From the IMG/VR virus record IMGVR_UViG_3300027747_000004, positions 46,995 to 110,994 of that record: a stretch of 64,000 nucleotides of DNA; one strand, given 5' to 3'. Position numbers and translations under genes: made by a program. This stretch comes from a virus. Below the pieces are notes generated by a model, which was not told the DNA's origin, made no database searches, and worked only from the letters and a program-made list of their open reading frames with translations. The stretch's first letter is position 1. Each line of letters opens with the position of its first letter. Of this stretch, positions 18,050-27,557 are shown one piece after another.

Positions 18050-19327
18050 ATGGCGCAAAGCGGATACACACCCATACTGATTTACGCAAGTGGCACAGCC
18101 TCAAATGTGCCAAGTGCGTCCAATCTGACCAACAGCACCTTAGGCTCTGAACTGGCTTTGAACTATGCCGATGGCAAGCTGTACTACAAAGACAACAGCG
18201 GCGTTGTCCAAGTTATGGCTTCCAAAGCTACGGCTGCGGGTACTTTTACATCCATTTCCGACTCAGGCAACCTCGCTTTCACAGGTACCGGCAACCGCAT
18301 CACTGGTGACTTTACCAATGCAACTGTTGCAAATCGTGTGATGTTTCAGACCAGTACGTCAAACAGCGCAACTGTAATTGGAGTTATCCCAAGCGGAACT
18401 GGGACAGCGTCTTATCTTGCATTGTGGGGTAATGCATCTGCAACCAATACCAACGTCACGCAACTAGGTTCAGATGGTTCTATTGCGTCGGGTCAAGTCG
18501 GTTCTGGCACATACCTACCGATGACCTTCTACACAGGAGGCGCAGAACGGATGCGGCTGGACACCAGTGGTCGATTAGGAATTGGTACATCTACGCCAAG
18601 CACAAACGCCATACTCACAACCAATGGAAGTATTTCAGTAGCTATACCAACACGCAATGCGGTATCCTCAAATCAGATTGGTGTTTGGACATCCGATGAC
18701 CCATCGGACAATGCTCGTTCTTCAATTACATTTGCCACAACTGCTGGAGCATCTTCTTCAAATAGTTACATTGCTTTCAGTACAAACAATTACGGCGTAT
18801 CTGGTGGCGAACGGATGCGTATTGACTCCGACGGGCTTGTAGGTATTGGAATGTTAGGTGCATCCACCGTACGCTTATCAGTAGCTGCTAGTTCAGCTTT
18901 TATTATGGTGGGGCGGGATTCAACTGGCGTAACCGATCAATTTCGTATTGCCGCAAACGGAAATGTTACAAATACAAATAACAGTTATGCGGCTATTTCT
19001 GACATAAAAATCAAAGAAAATGTTGTTGATGCAACACCAAAACTTTCCAGTTTAATGAAGGTAAGGATTGTTAATTACAATCTTAAATCTAATTTGGGTT
19101 ATGAGCAAAATAAACAAATTGGTGTTATTGCACAAGAACTTGAGCAAATTTTCCCCAGTTTGGTTGAAGAAACTGCTGATCTTGACGTAGACGGTACTGA
19201 CTTAAAAACATCAACAAAGTCGGTGAAATACAGCGTATTTGTGCCAATTCTTATTAAAGCAATTCAAGAACAACAAGCCCTTATCCAAGACCTCACAACT
19301 CGCTTGGCAGCGCTTGAAGCCAAATAA
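18050..19327 (+). CDS. Tail fibre/spike with a C-terminal intramolecular chaperone (peptidase S74-like) domain
   Basis: GSELALNYADGKLYYK N-terminus, ERMR(L/I)D repeats, SDIKIKENV...IGVIAQELE..FP...LIKAIQEQQ. Confidence 0.85.
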   Translation: MAQSGYTPILIYASGTASNVPSASNLTNSTLGSELALNYADGKLYYKDNSGVVQVMASKATAAGTFTSISDSGNLAFTGTGNRITGDFTNATVANRVMFQTSTSNSATVIGVIPSGTGTASYLALWGNASATNTNVTQLGSDGSIASGQVGSGTYLPMTFYTGGAERMRLDTSGRLGIGTSTPSTNAILTTNGSISVAIPTRNAVSSNQIGVWTSDDPSDNARSSITFATTAGASSSNSYIAFSTNNYGVSGGERMRIDSDGLVGIGMLGASTVRLSVAASSAFIMVGRDSTGVTDQFRIAANGNVTNTNNSYAAISDIKIKENVVDATPKLSSLMKVRIVNYNLKSNLGYEQNKQIGVIAQELEQIFPSLVEETADLDVDGTDLKTSTKSVKYSVFVPILIKAIQEQQALIQDLTTRLAALEAK

Positions 19328-19342
19328 CCCAAAGGAAATACC

Positions 19343-19639
19343 ATGACCACCTTTAACTGGACTATCTCTCAAATGGATCGACTGACCGCTGACGGCTTTG
19401 TTGTCACCGTGCATTACAACGTCACCGCTACCGACGACACTTACAGCGCCAGCACCTACGGCACTGTTGGCTACACTCAAGAGCAGGGCGAGTCTTACAT
19501 CCCCTACGCTGACCTGACGGAAGCCACTGTCGTTGGCTGGGTGCAAACCTCGCTGGGTAAAGACACCGTAGAAGCTAACTTACAAAGCCAGATTGACGCA
19601 CAAAAAGCTCCTGTGAAAGCCTCTGGTTTGCCTTGGTAA
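19343..19639 (+). CDS. Small tail-fibre-associated protein
   Basis: W.I..M...V..VHY...IPYADLTE..V.GWV...GLPW pattern often found after fibre genes; SD AAGGA. Confidence 0.6.
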   Translation: MTTFNWTISQMDRLTADGFVVTVHYNVTATDDTYSASTYGTVGYTQEQGESYIPYADLTEATVVGWVQTSLGKDTVEANLQSQIDAQKAPVKASGLPW

Positions 19640-19646
19640 TGTTCAA

Positions 19647-20126
19647 ATGATTGACCCGATCACCGCCTTTGCTACAGCCCAAGCGGCCATCAAGGGAGTC
19701 CAAGCCGCAATCAAGATGGGCAAGGACATCGGAGCTATTTCCGGTGATCTGATGAAGTTTTTTGAGGCTAAAGATGTTGTTGCCAAAGCCGCATCTGAAC
19801 CCAAGAAGGGGTTTGGTAAGTCGGATACGGCGCAGGCGTTTGAGACGGTGCTGCATGCCAAGCAGTTGCAGGACGCAGAGAACGAACTCAAGCAACACTT
19901 AATCTGGTCTGGACAAGCTGACGTATGGCAGGCTATCCTGATGGAACGTAACAAGATCGTGCAGAAACGTAAAGCAGAGGAAGTAGCTATGGAAAAAGCA
20001 AAAGCCAAGCGCAAGCAGGAAATTAGTGAAGCCATTGAAATGGTGCTGGCAATAGCTGCCGGGGCATTGCTTATCACCCTGCTGGCTTGGGGAACGATGG
20101 AATACATTGACTTCATGAGGAAATAA
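19647..20126 (+). CDS. Coiled-coil membrane protein
   Basis: MIDPITAFA N-terminus; C-terminal hydrophobic helix. Confidence 0.65.
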   Translation: MIDPITAFATAQAAIKGVQAAIKMGKDIGAISGDLMKFFEAKDVVAKAASEPKKGFGKSDTAQAFETVLHAKQLQDAENELKQHLIWSGQADVWQAILMERNKIVQKRKAEEVAMEKAKAKRKQEISEAIEMVLAIAAGALLITLLAWGTMEYIDFMRK

Positions 20127-20127
20127 A

Positions 20128-20625
20128 ATGGATGAACTACTTGGAATTCTTAAAGGCATTGCTCCTGCTGTTGCAACTGCTGTCGGTGGGCCTCTTGGTG
20201 GTCTTGCTGTTACCGCTATTGCCAATAAGTTTGGTGTGGCTGATGACGTTCAAGCCGTGGCAAAAGCCATTGCAGGAGACCCAGAAGCGGCGTCCAAACT
20301 GGCTGAACTAGACCTCAAGCAGTTTGAGTTGGAGAACGCTGACCGAGACTCGGCTCGTCATATGCAAGAGACTGCTCTGAACCAAGACGACAAGTTTGCT
20401 AAGCACTTTATTTACTGGTTTGCATGGTTCTGGAGCGTAGGCTCGATGATATATTTCTTTGCCATCACATTTGGCCAAGTGCCTGCCAGCGGTAAAGACT
20501 TTGGCAACATTATTCTTGGCTTTTTGCTCGGCACTGCAGTGGCTACCATTATTTCTTTCTTTTACGGCTCCAGCAAATCCAGTAAAGACAAAACTGACAC
20601 CATGACCAAGGAAATTTTGAAATGA
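20128..20625 (+). CDS. Putative holin (3TM-type)
   Basis: APAVATAVGGPLGGLA, DRDSAR, two TM helices, FFYGSS; directly upstream of the endolysin. Confidence 0.7.
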   Translation: MDELLGILKGIAPAVATAVGGPLGGLAVTAIANKFGVADDVQAVAKAIAGDPEAASKLAELDLKQFELENADRDSARHMQETALNQDDKFAKHFIYWFAWFWSVGSMIYFFAITFGQVPASGKDFGNIILGFLLGTAVATIISFFYGSSKSSKDKTDTMTKEILK

Positions 20626-21053
20626 CACAGTTGACCGAACACTTCACGCTCAAAGAGCTGACCCATACCGACCACCGCCAGTTTGACAACACGCCTAATG
20701 ATGCAGAACGCGCAAATCTTCAACGACTGGCTGAGTTTTTGGAGCTGGTCAAGGCGGCGCTTGGAGGTAAACCCATCATGGTCAACTCCGCCTTCCGATC
20801 TAAGCAGGTCAACGACGCCGTTGGTTCCAAGGACACCTCTCAGCACCGCGTGGGGTGCGCTGCTGACCTGAAGATTCCCGGCATGACCCCTGATGAGGTG
20901 GTTCGTGCCATCATCTCTGCCAAGTTGCCGTTTGACCAAATCATCAGGGAATTCGACGCCTGGACGCACATCAGCGTACCCAACACCACCAGCTTGGCAC
21001 CCCGCAAGCAGGCTCTTATCATTGATAAAACCGGCACAAGACTTTTCACATGA
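20622..21053 (+). CDS. Endolysin, peptidase M15A-like Zn peptidase
   Basis: HFTLKEL...NSAFRS..VN.AVG...SQH..G.AAD...WTHIS. Confidence 0.85.
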   Translation: MTQLTEHFTLKELTHTDHRQFDNTPNDAERANLQRLAEFLELVKAALGGKPIMVNSAFRSKQVNDAVGSKDTSQHRVGCAADLKIPGMTPDEVVRAIISAKLPFDQIIREFDAWTHISVPNTTSLAPRKQALIIDKTGTRLFT

Positions 21054-21060
21054 GTATAAA

Positions 21061-21282
21061 ATGGATACACAAGCATTATTTAACATTGCTGTAGGTCTTA
21101 TAGCATTTTTTGGTGGATGGACCATCAACAGTATTACACGATCTTTGGAGCGTTTAGATACTGATTTTCGTAGTATGCAACGTGAGTATGTCACTAAAAA
21201 TGACTACCACCGTGATATTGACGAAATAAAATCTATTTGCAAGCAAATCTTTGACAAACTTGATGCCAAGGCCGACAAATGA
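21061..21282 (+). CDS. Small membrane protein (N-terminal TM plus coiled coil), lysis-associated
   Basis: MDTQALFNIAVGLIAFFGGW...FDKLDAKADK. Confidence 0.65.
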   Translation: MDTQALFNIAVGLIAFFGGWTINSITRSLERLDTDFRSMQREYVTKNDYHRDIDEIKSICKQIFDKLDAKADK

Positions 21283-21920
21283 CTACACCTGCAGCAGTTT
21301 TAACATACGACTCACTTACAAGTTTGGTGCAACAATACTTGGAGCGTAAAGATGCTGCAGTTATAGCGTTTATACCTACTGCCATTATGCTGGCAGAGTT
21401 TGAAATTGCAGAAAACATTAAAACATTGGGGCAGATGCTGGTTGCAAATAGCACCATGACTGCGGGTAGCCCAATTATTCAAAAGCCTGCGCGTTGGCGC
21501 AAAACTGTGTCAATGACTTTGACTACGGCTGCAGGCGGCACGCAGCCAATTTTGCTTAGAAAACTTGAGTACTTAAAACAATATTGGCCTAGTGTGTCTA
21601 CTACTGACACGCCATTGTTTTACGCAGACTACGACTTTGATAACTGGTATGTGGCACCAACGCCAAGCAGCAATTTTGCATTTCAAACTTTGTGCTATAC
21701 GAGGTTACAGCCGTTGGCCTCTGATAACCAGACAAATTGGCTTACACAAAATGCGCCTAACGTATTGCTGTTTGGCACTCTTAAACAAACAGCGCCGTTC
21801 TTAAAAGATGACGCACGACTTGCTGTGTGGTCGCAGTTGTTCGATACTGGACTTGCAGCATTGAAGCAAGAAGACCAATTACGTATTGGTGATCGTCAAA
21901 CTGTTGCACAGGATTCTTAA
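21279..21920 (+). CDS. Putative head-tail adaptor / tail tubular protein A-like
   Basis: TYDSL...QQYLER...FI..AE; VAPTP; TNWLT.NAP..LL.G.L. Confidence 0.6.
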   Translation: MTTPAAVLTYDSLTSLVQQYLERKDAAVIAFIPTAIMLAEFEIAENIKTLGQMLVANSTMTAGSPIIQKPARWRKTVSMTLTTAAGGTQPILLRKLEYLKQYWPSVSTTDTPLFYADYDFDNWYVAPTPSSNFAFQTLCYTRLQPLASDNQTNWLTQNAPNVLLFGTLKQTAPFLKDDARLAVWSQLFDTGLAALKQEDQLRIGDRQTVAQDS

Positions 21921-21922
21921 TC

Positions 21923-23137
21923 ATGACAACGTACACTTCGCCGTTTTCCGGCCAGCAAATTTATCCAACAGCAGTAAGCTATGAAGCATTGTCAATTAGC
22001 TCAAATACTGTACTTCAATGGCCTGTAAATGGTAACACCAACACTCCTGTAAGTAGCATCATTGATGTGACAGCTACAACAACAGGTCTGTTGCTGGAAA
22101 TGCCGCCGGCATATCAAGTCTCTACGGGTCAATCAGTGCTGGTTCGAAATGTTGGCTCTAACACGTTTACTGTCACCGATAATTCTGGCAACACAATCAT
22201 TGCAATTACTTCAGGCGTATCGCAGTACATTTTTGTAACTGACAATACTACAGTAAATGGCAGTTGGTCTTCAATCCCGTTTGGCGCAGGAACATCATCT
22301 GCAAATGCTGCTTCATTGGCCGGGTACGGTCTTTTAGCATCTAGTTTAACGCTAAATCAAATCTACCCTGTTCTAACTTATAGTGCAAGCACTACTCTTA
22401 CTTCTGCCAATAGTGCAGACTTAAGTGTATGGACAGGTGGCGCAGGCGCACTAACGCTTCCTTTGGCTGCATCCGTAAGCTCAGGTTGGTTTATTACTAT
22501 CAAAAACAACGGAACTGGAATTCTTACGATTACGCCGTCTAGTTCTGATACGATTGACGGAAATTCTAGTCAACAACTACAGCTTACTGAGTCAATCAGC
22601 TTAGTGTCAGGGGGCGGCACAAGCTGGAGTAGCTTTGGGCTTGGCAGGTCTAATAGTTTTGCGTACACGCTATTGTCTTTGCCTGTTACAGGTGGCACAA
22701 CTACGCTAACATCAGCGCAAGCCGCAAACACAATTCAAACATATACGGGCACACTAACAAGCCCACAAATTGTCATTGTGCCGCCTACTGTTCAGCTTTA
22801 TACAGTCACTAACAATACTTCAGGCGCAACATTTACGTTTAAGACAACTTCAGGCACAGGTGTTCAAATACCGTCTTCTTCTTCGATGGTATTATCATGC
22901 ACAGGTACTGAAGTATATAACGCTGCATCAGGCGCATCAAATACTTTTACTTCAGCTATTTCTGTTATTAGTGGTTCTGCATCAACGCCTTCCGTTTATT
23001 TTGGTGCTGAAAGTAATACAGGCTTTTATCGTCCTACTACAGGCCAATGGGCAATATCTATTCTTGGGTCGCAAGCTGGGGTGTTTAGCGCAAATGGCTT
23101 AACAGTGCCTAATGGAATTGGCGGAGGCGCTTTTTAA
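21923..23137 (+). CDS. Tail structural protein
   Basis: S/T-rich beta protein in the tail operon; LTLP.A.SV..GWF motif shared with fibre modules. Confidence 0.6.
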   Translation: MTTYTSPFSGQQIYPTAVSYEALSISSNTVLQWPVNGNTNTPVSSIIDVTATTTGLLLEMPPAYQVSTGQSVLVRNVGSNTFTVTDNSGNTIIAITSGVSQYIFVTDNTTVNGSWSSIPFGAGTSSANAASLAGYGLLASSLTLNQIYPVLTYSASTTLTSANSADLSVWTGGAGALTLPLAASVSSGWFITIKNNGTGILTITPSSSDTIDGNSSQQLQLTESISLVSGGGTSWSSFGLGRSNSFAYTLLSLPVTGGTTTLTSAQAANTIQTYTGTLTSPQIVIVPPTVQLYTVTNNTSGATFTFKTTSGTGVQIPSSSSMVLSCTGTEVYNAASGASNTFTSAISVISGSASTPSVYFGAESNTGFYRPTTGQWAISILGSQAGVFSANGLTVPNGIGGGAF

Positions 23138-24906
23138 TGACAGCTGACGTTATTTCGCTAACAATACCTCCTGGTATTCAGCGGGATGGTACTGTTTTTG
23201 ACTCGCCTATGTACGTAGATGGAGTATGGGTTCGATTTCAGCGTAAGCGCCCTCGTAAAATAGGTGGCTACAATGCAATGTTCTTGAATGCCGCTGAAAT
23301 TAGTCGCGGCATGGTAATGCAGTCAACGCAAGGCTTGAACTACGTGTATTCAGGCTCTGCTAGTTACATTCAGCAGTGGTCTACATCTAATACGGATGGC
23401 GTAGGCTCGGGCCCAACTAATGTATTGACGTCATCAACGGCTGACTTTACTGCAAGTGCAAACAACTTATGGCAGTTTGATGTAGGTAATAATCTTGGTT
23501 CAGGCATTCAAGTAGTTGCTCACCCAGGTCAAAACCTTGCAGCAATTGATAGCACAGTAAATACGCCTGTTTTGTCAGGCGCATTTCCAGGTGGCGCACT
23601 AACAAAAGTTGGCGTATTTACTGCGACAGGCACAATTAGTGGCACAGGCAGTGTTACATTTACTATCTCATCTGCTAACTACTTAATTGATGTAGGCCAA
23701 ACAGTTACAGGTGGCGGTATTGCAACAACTGCAACAGTTACGTCATCTGTTGTCAATGGCTCAGTCACTGTAGTTACATTATCAGCAGGCGGCACTGCAG
23801 GCACGCAAACACTTACATTTGACAATAACATTTCAGTGTCGGGCGGCGCTGTGATGCTGTACCCATATCTTTTTGTGTATGGCAACAATGGCTACGTGCA
23901 AAACTCTTCAGCAGGTGACTTCACTAATTGGGTTGCGCCCGATGCCAACATTGTCAATATTTCGGCTACAAAAGTAGTGAAGGGTATGGCGCTTCGCGGC
24001 GGTACTGCGTCACCATCCGGTTTATTTTGGTCGCTTGACCAGTTAACGCGTATTAGCTACGCGCCTACGCCCATCGGTAGCTCCACACAATATTGGCGTG
24101 CAGACATTATCTCAACGCAAACGTCAATCTTGTCATCGCAATGCGCCATTGAGTATGATGGCTTGATCTTCTGGATTGCTGTTGATCGCTTTATGGTTTA
24201 CAACGGCGTTGCACAAGAGTTACCTAATGGTACCAACCTCAACTTTTTCTTCGACAATCTAAACTACGCACAGCGCCAAAAAGTTTGGGCAGCCAAGGTT
24301 CCACGTTGGGGAGAGATCTGGTGGTTTTACCCCCATGGCACAGCCACTGAGTGCAACAACGCCATCATCTATAATGTTCGCGAACAGGTCTGGTATGATG
24401 CAGGGTTTGCTACAGGCGCGCAACGCTCAGCAGGTGTGTTTTCAGAAGTGTTTAGATACCCAGTATGGGCTGACAATGCCGCAAATAGCAATAGCAAATA
24501 TACGTTATGGCAGCACGAGTTTGGAAAGAATCGTCAATACCTAACTGCCGTTACTGCCATTCAAAGTTATTATGAAACAAATTGCATTGGGTGGGTAACT
24601 GGCGGACCTGGGCAAAACGCTGTGCAAGGGGCCAATCGTTGGATGCGTTTAGAACGCATAGAGCCTGATTTTGTGCAAGTTGGCGATATGAGTGTGACTG
24701 TTATTGGCGCAGGTTATGCAGACGAGCCAGATTCTTACTCTGATCCGTATATTTTTAGCCCGTCAACATATAAAATAGACATGCGTGAGCAAAAACGTGA
24801 GATGCGTTTGCGCTTCGAATCTAACACTTTTAATGGCGACTATGAAACAGGCAAAGTGCTGCTTAGCGTCAGTGTGGGTGATGAACGTAGTACAGGCAAC
24901 CCATGA
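23137..24906 (+). CDS. Putative tail tubular B / head-closure (stabilisation) protein
   Basis: PGI.RDGT...VRF...PRKIGG N-terminus; EIWWFYP...CN..IIYN..E..W; size and position. Confidence 0.6.
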   Translation: MTADVISLTIPPGIQRDGTVFDSPMYVDGVWVRFQRKRPRKIGGYNAMFLNAAEISRGMVMQSTQGLNYVYSGSASYIQQWSTSNTDGVGSGPTNVLTSSTADFTASANNLWQFDVGNNLGSGIQVVAHPGQNLAAIDSTVNTPVLSGAFPGGALTKVGVFTATGTISGTGSVTFTISSANYLIDVGQTVTGGGIATTATVTSSVVNGSVTVVTLSAGGTAGTQTLTFDNNISVSGGAVMLYPYLFVYGNNGYVQNSSAGDFTNWVAPDANIVNISATKVVKGMALRGGTASPSGLFWSLDQLTRISYAPTPIGSSTQYWRADIISTQTSILSSQCAIEYDGLIFWIAVDRFMVYNGVAQELPNGTNLNFFFDNLNYAQRQKVWAAKVPRWGEIWWFYPHGTATECNNAIIYNVREQVWYDAGFATGAQRSAGVFSEVFRYPVWADNAANSNSKYTLWQHEFGKNRQYLTAVTAIQSYYETNCIGWVTGGPGQNAVQGANRWMRLERIEPDFVQVGDMSVTVIGAGYADEPDSYSDPYIFSPSTYKIDMREQKREMRLRFESNTFNGDYETGKVLLSVSVGDERSTGNP

Positions 24907-25136
24907 TAGTTTACGATCCGCGAGGCATGTCATGGGACCAATGGTGCGCGCTTATGATTGAGCTTTTTGCTGCGCAGCAGTTAAGCAAGTACCCAGAAGA
25001 GCAATGGCAAGACTGGGCGCAGTCATTGCAAGGCATTGGCTATTTCAACAATTCAGCAGTGCCTGATGCACGTGGCTACTCAGACTGGCAAAGCTGGGCA
25101 AGTGCATTGACTGGCATTATGTCAATAAGGGGCTAG
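24903..25136 (+). CDS. Small Trp-rich hypothetical protein
   Basis: Coupled start; repeated W..WA motifs. Confidence 0.6.
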   Translation: MIVYDPRGMSWDQWCALMIELFAAQQLSKYPEEQWQDWAQSLQGIGYFNNSAVPDARGYSDWQSWASALTGIMSIRG

Positions 25137-25138
25137 AT

Positions 25139-26650
25139 ATGCCAAGAGATAGTAGTGATGATATAACTGCAAGCACACCTGGTGCAGTGCTTGATCCCGG
25201 CAATTCGAGGCGCGACCCTTATTGGCGTATGCCTACTGAAGCTGAGAAAGCAAAAGCATCTTATGATGCCGCATACGCAGCACTTAGTCCTGCGCTCAAA
25301 GCTAAAGTAGAAAGCGGTCAACTTAGACTTGACATCATTGAGTCCAATGTAGGCGGAAGCCATAATTCTGAAATGGCACCCTCTGGCATTCGCGGTTTTA
25401 CTGCGCCTGCGGGTGGAGATATGTTGAATGTGTACGACATCAATGGTAATTTAACTAAACAAGTTAATGCTCACGGTGATGATGGCGGTTTCTTTGATCG
25501 AGTGTTTAGCGGCGTTGGAGATTTCTTTGCTGACCCAGCAAAGGCAACCACTCAGTTTTTTAAAAATCCAGGAGTAACAGAGGCCACCTTGGCGGCTGCT
25601 GCTTTATACGGAATGCCTGCGCTTCAAGAGCTTGCTGCCGGAACTGGGGCGGCGGCTGGTACTGCAGCTTCTGTTGCACCAGAAGTTCTTGCTGCAGATT
25701 TAGCGGCGTATCCAACAGCTGGAATTGTTGGCGATGTTTCTGCTGCGGCTTCAGGCATCCCATCTTTACCCGCGAATGATGTATATGTTCCACCTGAAGC
25801 AGTAAGCACGCCTCCTAACTTACCCGCGAATGATGTATATGTTCCACCTGAAGCAGTAAGCACGCCTCCTAACTTACCCGCGAATGATGTATATGTTCCA
25901 CCTGAAGCAGTAAGCACGCCCCCTAACTTACCCGCGAATGATGTATATGTTCCACCTGAAGCAGTAAGCACGCCTCCAGGAATACCTGCATATGATGTAT
26001 ATGTTCCACCTGAAGCAGTAAGTGGGCCAAGCTTAACTGCTTCGGCAATAGTAAAAAGCTTAATTGCTGGTAAAAACGCAATAGACAGCGCAAAGTCATT
26101 GTTTGGCACATCGCCACAAGGCTTAACGCAGCAAGGGCTTAACATGCTAAACCCTTCAGGTGGCGGTAGTGTGTCTTCACAAAACTTGCAAAGCACCGGT
26201 CTTACAAGCACTGCGCCTTCAGGCAATGAAGGCATTTTAAAGCAGCTTGTGCAAATGTATCCGCAAATGGCTAACGTATCGCCACAAACTATGGCGGCAA
26301 TTTCGCCGCATATGCAGCAGATTGAGCAAACACCAATGCCTGAAGAGCAGCCTCGCTACTTTGCTGAAGGCGGGCTTTCAAGCCACAAACCTGAATTTAT
26401 TACAGGCGCAACTGGGCACTACGTTAAAGGTCGTGGCGATGGGCAGTCTGATGACATTCCTGCAATGCTTGCAGATGGCGAGTATGTGTTTGATGCAGAC
26501 ACTGTTGCAGCACTTGGTAATGGCTCTTCTGATGCAGGTGCAAAACGTTTGGATGAAATGCGAGAAGCTATTCGTAAGCATAAACGCTCTGCGCCTATAC
26601 ATAAAATTCCACCAAAGGCCAAATCGCCTTTAGAATACATTAAAGGATAG
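25139..26650 (+). CDS. Putative internal virion protein with an 18-aa tandem repeat
   Basis: C-terminal G.GDGQSDDIPAML.DGEYV..AD.V..LG.GSS.AGA..L motif; FAEGG motif. Confidence 0.6.
   Translation: MPRDSSDDITASTPGAVLDPGNSRRDPYWRMPTEAEKAKASYDAAYAALSPALKAKVESGQLRLDIIESNVGGSHNSEMAPSGIRGFTAPAGGDMLNVYDINGNLTKQVNAHGDDGGFFDRVFSGVGDFFADPAKATTQFFKNPGVTEATLAAAALYGMPALQELAAGTGAAAGTAASVAPEVLAADLAAYPTAGIVGDVSAAASGIPSLPANDVYVPPEAVSTPPNLPANDVYVPPEAVSTPPNLPANDVYVPPEAVSTPPNLPANDVYVPPEAVSTPPGIPAYDVYVPPEAVSGPSLTASAIVKSLIAGKNAIDSAKSLFGTSPQGLTQQGLNMLNPSGGGSVSSQNLQSTGLTSTAPSGNEGILKQLVQMYPQMANVSPQTMAAISPHMQQIEQTPMPEEQPRYFAEGGLSSHKPEFITGATGHYVKGRGDGQSDDIPAMLADGEYVFDADTVAALGNGSSDAGAKRLDEMREAIRKHKRSAPIHKIPPKAKSPLEYIKG
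25766..26023 (+). repeat. 54-bp coding tandem repeat, about 5 copies (LPANDVYVPPEAVSTPPN)
   Basis: Units start at 25766, 25820, 25874, 25928 and 25982 (last one degenerate). Confidence 0.95.
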
Positions 26651-26653
26651 ATC

Positions 26654-27544
26654 ATGACCGATATTACGCAAGGCACGCCGTTGCCAGATATTCACTCCAC
26701 AACGACGCAGACAACAACTGCGCCGGATTGGTTTTCAACTTACATGCAGGATATTGCAAAGAATGGCGCAGCTGCTGCAACAAATGCAACGTTTGCGCCT
26801 GCAACTGCTAATCAAACAGCTGCATGGAAAGCTGCAGGCGCCAATGTAGGCAACTATCAGACCAACTTAGATGCGTCAAAAAATCTTGTAACACAAGGCG
26901 CACTGTCTGCTGTAGACCCTAATAATGCTAATGGCGTGCAATCATTTATGTCTCCTTATATAAATGACGTAGTAGACAACATTGGCGCGCAAGGTCAAAA
27001 CAACATTGCACGTGGATTGGCGCCGCAAGTCACTTCAGGTATTGTAGGCTCAGGCATGTTTGGCTCTAAACAAGGCGCAAATGCGTTGGCGTCAAATATT
27101 GCAAATGCTGAAAATAACATTACTCAACAGCAAACACAAGCATTGCAAAGTGGCTATAGTCAAGCACTGGCAGCTGCGCAAAATCAGCAAGGCTTTGACT
27201 TTACAGGCGCAGGGTTAATGTCTGGCCTTGCAGGTCAAACACAAGCATTAGGGCAAGGCGATGTCAACACATTGGCAACAATGGGTGCGCAAGAGCAAAC
27301 CAACAATCAAAATTCAAATCTCTTTGACTTGCAAAAGCAACAGTACGCGGCCAATCTTTTAAAGGGCTATACAGTGCCTACTGGTGTAACAAGCAACTAT
27401 GTTGGCCCAGGTGGTGCAGGACAATACTCTTCATCGTCTCTAGCAACAGCAGGTGGCACCGCTGCAATTATTGCAGGGATTGCAAGCTCACCGGGTGGGC
27501 AGCAAATGATTGATTGGTTGCAAAGAAATGGGTACCTCCCATAG
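26654..27544 (+). CDS. Putative internal virion/DNA-ejection protein
   Basis: Q/A/G-rich; FMSPYINDVV and GMFGS motifs; position after tail genes. Confidence 0.55.
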   Translation: MTDITQGTPLPDIHSTTTQTTTAPDWFSTYMQDIAKNGAAAATNATFAPATANQTAAWKAAGANVGNYQTNLDASKNLVTQGALSAVDPNNANGVQSFMSPYINDVVDNIGAQGQNNIARGLAPQVTSGIVGSGMFGSKQGANALASNIANAENNITQQQTQALQSGYSQALAAAQNQQGFDFTGAGLMSGLAGQTQALGQGDVNTLATMGAQEQTNNQNSNLFDLQKQQYAANLLKGYTVPTGVTSNYVGPGGAGQYSSSSLATAGGTAAIIAGIASSPGGQQMIDWLQRNGYLP

Positions 27545-27557
27545 TTAAAGGCTGAAT

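Noticed and set aside
13582-19327. Diversity-generating retroelement or invertible fibre cassette
   Set aside because: No reverse transcriptase or recombinase ORF; the repeats differ at synonymous positions rather than specifically at adenines.
25766-26023. 54-bp repeats as a CRISPR array
   Set aside because: Head-to-tail units with no unique spacers, in frame within a CDS.
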